Source: an uncultured SAR86 cluster bacterium
GTDB taxonomy: Bacteria; Pseudomonadota; Gammaproteobacteria; Magnimaribacterales; TMED112
NCBI GenBank assembly: GCA_902619265.1
Contig: CACNDL010000003.1
Span: forward strand, 71,096-135,095
Direction of reading: 5' to 3'
Length of the DNA: 64,000 nucleotides
Shown: positions 59,714-64,000 of the stretch, piece after piece
How the letters are laid out: each line of letters starts with the position of its first letter
Numbering within the stretch: the first letter of the stretch is position 1
Program-made: the position numbers and the translations under genes
Notes under the pieces: model-generated
What the model was told of the DNA's origin: nothing
Database searches by the model: none
What the model saw: the letters and a program-made list of their open reading frames with translations, nothing else

Positions 59714-59858
59714 TGTTTGCATGCTAAAAATTAATCCCTACAAGTCTTTGTATACACAATCTATTTGCTTAATTAAAAAGTTATGCAATTTTAAAATTTT
59801 TACTATTAAATTATTATATTCACTTCAGAAATATATATATTTTTATATAATCTAAATC

Positions 59859-61955
59859 ATGCTTAGGGCTTTAAGGACATTCTTACTATTACTTCTAATC
59901 AATAATTACTTACTTGCTTCAAGTGAATATGGATGGGTTCAAGACATTGTTGGTATAGATGAAAGTAGATTTAACTACGAGGATGGTTCTGATGCTGATT
60001 TGGAGCTTTATCTTAAAAACAGCTTTTTTTCATCTGTTAAACTTTCACCTGATGGAAAACATTTAGCATTTCAAAGTAAAAGTGATGAGTTTACTGAAGG
60101 CATTCTAGTTGCTAAAACAGATGATTTTTTAGACCCAAATAAAGGATTAGAAAAGGCAACAGTTGCAAAAGCTGCTATGAAAAGCAGTTCTGATAAAGTG
60201 TTAGGTGTTCCAGCTTTATATTTATGTGATTTTAACTGGGTATCAAATTCCATAATTTTAGTTGAGGTGTGTGGTAAACAATTTGATAGGCTCCAAGGCG
60301 AAATTTTTTCAAGTTTAGGCATATTTAAACTTTTCAACATTAAGACAAAAGAATTTAAGAATTTTATTTATCCTTTGGAACCGCCACCAAGAAAAGGTAG
60401 CTCAACTTTTGCAGATAGATATAAACCTGTTACTTTTATCTCTGCGTATGATGACGAAGGCGTTCTTATGTCTGTTGCAGAAAACAAAAGAGGTTTTAGA
60501 TATGCATATTTAAGAAAAATACCATTTGATAAAAGAGGCACAAAACCAAATGGAGAAGATATTTATGTTTCTCAAAAGCCGTGTCAGTACAAAGTCATGA
60601 ACAAAACAAATAACTTTTGCAATACACCTTTCATTTACATACTTGGAAAAGATAAGAAGCCTGCATTAACTTTCTCTAGTGACGCTGATTCAGTCTATGC
60701 TCACTATACTGATAAAAACACAACAAAAATTGATATTGATTTAGAGGACTACACTCCATTTGGGCTTAAAGGAGATCTTCTATACTTGACTGAGACGAGT
60801 GGCATTGGTGCGCATGGTATAAGTGTTCTGAATCTAAAAAATAAGAAAATCACAAGCATTATTCCTGAGGATTGTCACTCTCTTATTAATTCAATGACCT
60901 CTTTAAATGATCCTATTCCATATGCAGCAGGTATGGAATGTGATGGCAAAAAAGAAATCATTTATTTTGATCAAAATAAAAGAGATGCACAAATACTTAG
61001 TCAATTGGCTCCAGCCTTCCCAGATAAAACTATTTCATTAGGAAACTGGACTGACTCCAATGACAGAGCATTACTTATTGTTCAGGATTCTTCAGTAGTT
61101 AATGAAGTCTTTTTATTAGATCTAAAAAAAGGTTCTCTAAGACCAGTTGGAAGAACTTCAAATGTTCCAAAAGATAAATTACATAAAATGGTTTCAAAAA
61201 AGTTTAAAACCCGAGATGGTGCAGATATTTATGGATATCTAACACTTCCAAAAGGAAATGTACAAAGATTAATTGTCTATATTCATGGCGGTCCATACGG
61301 TATTAGAGACTTTGATTCTTATGATTTCTCAGAACAGTACTTAGCCTCAAAAGGAGCTGCAATATTAAAAGTAAACTTCAGAGGTTCTGGTGGTTACGGT
61401 AAGGATTTCATTGAGGACTCTTACAATGAGTGGGGAGGCACACTTTTAAATGACATTGCAGATGCAACTAAATCAGTTCAGAAGGAGCTTGGTATAGGAA
61501 GAGAAAAGACATGTGCTTTTGGAGCAAGTTATGGAGGCTATGCAGCGGTAGCTATGGCCTATAAACACAGTGAATTATACGAGTGCGTTGCAGGAGGAAT
61601 GGGAGTTTATGATCTAAAAATTCTCAGGGATGGTACTGATGGAAATGTTTATACATATAACGATGATTATGAAGAGATGGCTGAGGATTTTTGGGGTAAC
61701 GACGAAGCTCGACACATTGATTTTTCGCCCGTATTTAACGGAAATAAAATGAAGTCAAGAATTCTAATGTGGCATGGTTTGCAAGATCCTATATCTCCGA
61801 TATTACATATGGAAAAGATGAAAGAAGAATTAGATAATAACAACATTCCTTATCAAGCATTTACCATGTCAAAACTTGGACATACTTTTGGACAAAAAGA
61901 CGACATAAAAGCACATCTTCCAGTTCTGAAGGATTTTCTATTTAACGAACTTTAA
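59859..61955 (+). CDS. Peptidase S9 (prolyl oligopeptidase / DPP family), secreted
   Basis: Signal peptide. Beta-propeller-length N-terminal region. C-terminal alpha/beta hydrolase domain with IHGGPYG, nucleophile GASYGGY, and a late GHTF (His). Confidence 0.85.
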   Translation: MLRALRTFLLLLLINNYLLASSEYGWVQDIVGIDESRFNYEDGSDADLELYLKNSFFSSVKLSPDGKHLAFQSKSDEFTEGILVAKTDDFLDPNKGLEKATVAKAAMKSSSDKVLGVPALYLCDFNWVSNSIILVEVCGKQFDRLQGEIFSSLGIFKLFNIKTKEFKNFIYPLEPPPRKGSSTFADRYKPVTFISAYDDEGVLMSVAENKRGFRYAYLRKIPFDKRGTKPNGEDIYVSQKPCQYKVMNKTNNFCNTPFIYILGKDKKPALTFSSDADSVYAHYTDKNTTKIDIDLEDYTPFGLKGDLLYLTETSGIGAHGISVLNLKNKKITSIIPEDCHSLINSMTSLNDPIPYAAGMECDGKKEIIYFDQNKRDAQILSQLAPAFPDKTISLGNWTDSNDRALLIVQDSSVVNEVFLLDLKKGSLRPVGRTSNVPKDKLHKMVSKKFKTRDGADIYGYLTLPKGNVQRLIVYIHGGPYGIRDFDSYDFSEQYLASKGAAILKVNFRGSGGYGKDFIEDSYNEWGGTLLNDIADATKSVQKELGIGREKTCAFGASYGGYAAVAMAYKHSELYECVAGGMGVYDLKILRDGTDGNVYTYNDDYEEMAEDFWGNDEARHIDFSPVFNGNKMKSRILMWHGLQDPISPILHMEKMKEELDNNNIPYQAFTMSKLGHTFGQKDDIKAHLPVLKDFLFNEL

Positions 61956-63217
61956 GAAAAAATTTTATTTAATTTCTCTTTATCAGATTGATAATATTTT
62001 CCAGCAAAGTAATAAAGTGGTGGACCCAAGATTAGAAACATTAAACTAAATCCAACTAGTAAATTGGTATAAGGGTCTTCATAACCTTGAGCTACAGCAT
62101 AGTCAGCCATTATGCCAAACACTATTGATCCAATTGCGATGCCCAACAGATTTAAACAGAGTAAGTTAAAGGCTACAACTGTACCTTTAATTGATGAAGG
62201 AACAAGCTCTTGAATAACTGCAAATATAGGACCATAAAAACACCCGAGACTAAATGCAGAGGAACAAATACCAACCCAAAAAAGAAAGTTATCTGTCTCA
62301 AGGTATCTGGTAAAAGCTAGAGGTATAAGCAATACAGTTAATATTAAAAGAAACCAGGTTCTTGGTAGATTATATGTTTTCAATGCCCAATCACTGGCAA
62401 TGCCCCCAAACAAACTGCCAAGCACACCAAACACTACAAAGATCCATCCATTTATTTGGCCAAAAGTATTTGGATTAAAACCTTTATCGGCCACTGCCCA
62501 TATAACTTCAAATTGTGCAGCACCAAGCACAAGGTGGTAAAGGGTGCCTGCTGTTATAGTCAAGACAAGTGATTTTGATGTTGAAAGTGCTTTATATAGC
62601 AATGCAATTATTTCAAAAAATGTTTTTGACTCGGGTTTGGTGGAAATATTTTTTCGAGGTGAGTCTTTCACAAAAAGCATTAAGAAACCGAGAAAAAGTC
62701 CTATGAACCCAAGTAAATAAAAACATCCTCTCCATCCAATCATAGGCTCAAGGTAGCCAGCAATAAGTAAACTGATACCCACACCCACTGGTACACCTAA
62801 GTAGTAAAAACCTGCGGCAAAACCAAGTCTTTTTTGCTCATATCTATCCGACAAAATTGACATTGTGGTAGGAGTAATCGTTGACTCTCCAACACCAATA
62901 AATAGTCTTGGTGCTGCTAAAGTGAAAAAGTTTTTGGCGAATCCTGAAATTGCAGTAAAAGCACTCCATAAGATAACCCCTATGCCTATAATCTTGGTCC
63001 TGTTGTATCTATCTGCAAGTGTTCCAACAAATAACCCAGCTACGGTATAAAAGAAAATGAAAACTATGCCAGTTAAGAGGCCAATTTCTGTATCGGAAAG
63101 GTCTAAATCACTTTTTAAAAATGGGGCAAAACTGGAAATGAATTGTCGATCGACAAAATTTATCACATTCAACAAAGTGACAAATAACAGAAAACTTGTA
63201 TTACGTAAGTTAATAAT
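61952..63217 (-). CDS. MFS transporter (start proposed at ATT 63217; first canonical start is TTG 63175)
   Basis: NFVDRQ motif followed by DLxLSDTEIGLL, typical of MFS TM1/loop. The in-frame upstream codons encode IINLRNTSFLLFVTLL, the missing TM1, directly after a TAG stop and a GAGGGGG Shine-Dalgarno-like run. Confidence 0.8.
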   Translation of the reverse strand: MINLRNTSFLLFVTLLNVINFVDRQFISSFAPFLKSDLDLSDTEIGLLTGIVFIFFYTVAGLFVGTLADRYNRTKIIGIGVILWSAFTAISGFAKNFFTLAAPRLFIGVGESTITPTTMSILSDRYEQKRLGFAAGFYYLGVPVGVGISLLIAGYLEPMIGWRGCFYLLGFIGLFLGFLMLFVKDSPRKNISTKPESKTFFEIIALLYKALSTSKSLVLTITAGTLYHLVLGAAQFEVIWAVADKGFNPNTFGQINGWIFVVFGVLGSLFGGIASDWALKTYNLPRTWFLLILTVLLIPLAFTRYLETDNFLFWVGICSSAFSLGCFYGPIFAVIQELVPSSIKGTVVAFNLLCLNLLGIAIGSIVFGIMADYAVAQGYEDPYTNLLVGFSLMFLILGPPLYYFAGKYYQSDKEKLNKIFS

Positions 63218-63240
63218 CTACCCCCTCTGATATTATGTAC

Positions 63241-63843
63241 TTATTTTAGAGATAATACCTTTTTAAACGCCTCTCTTTCAAAAAGATTTTCAGACCATCT
63301 TTTAATATTTGGTTTTAGTGCTTGATGTATCTCCAGGTTGCTGGCTAAATGAATTGCATAACTTACACAAATATCAGCTATCGTAAATCTATTTGAACAA
63401 AGGTACTCTTTTCCCTCTAAAGAACTCTCAAGCAACTTCAACCTAGATACAAACCATCTACTGTATCCTTCAACTGCTCCATCTGCGACTCCTGGTTCTT
63501 GAAATTTGTATCTTAAAACCACTGTCTGTGGGAAGGTAAGAGTTGCATCTGAATGAAACAACCAGTTTAAGTAATTTGGGTAATCCTTTTCGTCTGGTTG
63601 AACACTTAAATCTGTTGGGCCATATTTTTCAACAATGTATTGGCACATCGCAACTGACTCAGTCATCTTTACATCTCCATCAACAAGATAGGGCACAGTT
63701 CCAAGCATATTGGTTTCTAAATATTCTTTTTGGAATACTCTAGGAGGGAAGGGCATCATTTCAAGTTCATACTCGAGGCCCATTTCTTCTGCAGTCCAAA
63801 TAGGTCTTACAGCTCTTGAACTTTGTGTACCATAAATTTTCAT
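63241..63843 (-). CDS. Glutathione S-transferase
   Basis: 200 aa. N-terminal thioredoxin-like domain (GTVPYLVDGDVKMTESVAMCQYI) and a helical C-terminal domain. Confidence 0.8.
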   Translation of the reverse strand: MKIYGTQSSRAVRPIWTAEEMGLEYELEMMPFPPRVFQKEYLETNMLGTVPYLVDGDVKMTESVAMCQYIVEKYGPTDLSVQPDEKDYPNYLNWLFHSDATLTFPQTVVLRYKFQEPGVADGAVEGYSRWFVSRLKLLESSLEGKEYLCSNRFTIADICVSYAIHLASNLEIHQALKPNIKRWSENLFEREAFKKVLSLK

Positions 63844-63856
63844 TTATCTAAAAATT

Positions 63857-64000
63857 TTAATATAAATCTAAAACACTTAAAGAACTTTCTTGATAAGTAA
63901 TTATTTCACCATTAGTGTTTTTTAATAAAGCAGCGCCTGCATGATCAATGCCTTGAAAAAAAAGCTCTTCATTTGAAGATGCAATTTTAATTTTGCTATT
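63857..64000 (-). CDS. C-terminal 47 codons of an unidentified gene running off the right edge
   Basis: Hand translation of the minus strand is open from the edge to a TAA at 63857-63859 (...FFQGIDHAGAALLKNTNGEIITYQESSLSVLDLY). No family recognised. Confidence 0.3.
   Translation of the reverse strand, partial: NSKIKIASSNEELFFQGIDHAGAALLKNTNGEIITYQESSLSVLDLY

Noticed and set aside
59703-59725. Sigma-54 promoter (TGAACAC-N4-TTGCA resembles TGGCAC-N5-TTGC)
   Set aside because: The essential GG dinucleotide at -24 is missing (TG instead of GG at the correct distance from GC). No enhancer-binding protein gene is nearby.
59846-59851. TATAAT hexamer 8 nt upstream of the S9 peptidase ATG, implying a leaderless mRNA
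   Set aside because: TATAAT-like hexamers are abundant in this AT-only stretch. The sequence at the -35 position (CTTCAG) is poor and there is no extended -10 TG. This cannot be distinguished from chance without start-site data.
59498-59858. Replication origin (oriC) or DnaA-box cluster
   Set aside because: TTGAACAC matches the DnaA box TTATCCACA at only about 6 of 9 positions in the best copy. There is only one GATC, no 13-mer AT-rich repeats of the usual form, and no dnaA/gidA/mioC-type neighbours.

Overview
This is a 64-kb piece of a visibly AT-rich (about one-third G+C by eye), very compact bacterial chromosome. I count about 60 protein genes and 3 tRNAs. There is almost no intergenic DNA: same-strand genes often overlap by 1-26 nt, convergent genes overlap by 4-20 nt, and divergent starts sit 0-85 bp apart. 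Gene content and synteny suggest a streamlined marine-type gammaproteobacterium; this is an inference, and I cannot name the lineage from the sequence alone. The supporting markers are single-chain purL, alaS followed by tRNA-Ser(GCU), System I ccmABCDEFGH, smc-zipA-ligA and putA. Housekeeping genes: uvrB (partial), purL, alaS, pyk, pdxH, kbl-tdh, ccmA-H, smc, zipA, ligA, putA. The rest is mostly secreted or lipoprotein hydrolases (peptidases S46, M23, M16, a zinc metalloprotease, S9; several esterases; two beta-lactamase-fold proteins) and small catabolic modules (haloalkane dehalogenase, SDR, fused indolepyruvate-ferredoxin oxidoreductase family protein, LysR plus acyl-CoA dehydrogenase operon, PQQ-type sugar dehydrogenase, GST, MFS). 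I found no CRISPR array, transposase, integrase, rRNA, or recognisable defence or toxin-antitoxin system. Five things are not explained by ordinary annotation. (1) The only long non-coding gap (59498-59858) holds six same-strand copies of TTGAACA[C/T], the last four at about 20-bp spacing. (2) A 736-aa SMC at the conserved smc-zipA-ligA locus has shortened arms and no recognisable hinge. (3) In two membrane-protein genes (ccmF and an MFS transporter) the conserved first TM helix is encoded upstream of any ATG/GTG/TTG, and each has an in-frame ATT preceded by a Shine-Dalgarno-like sequence. (4) A small secreted poly-acidic protein with a DxDxDGxxDxxD calcium-binding motif lies tail-to-tail with an orphan yjbH-family outer-membrane gene. 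(5) The csrA gene is absent from its conserved slot between alaS and tRNA-Ser. All functional readings are inference from motifs read by eye; no database search was run.
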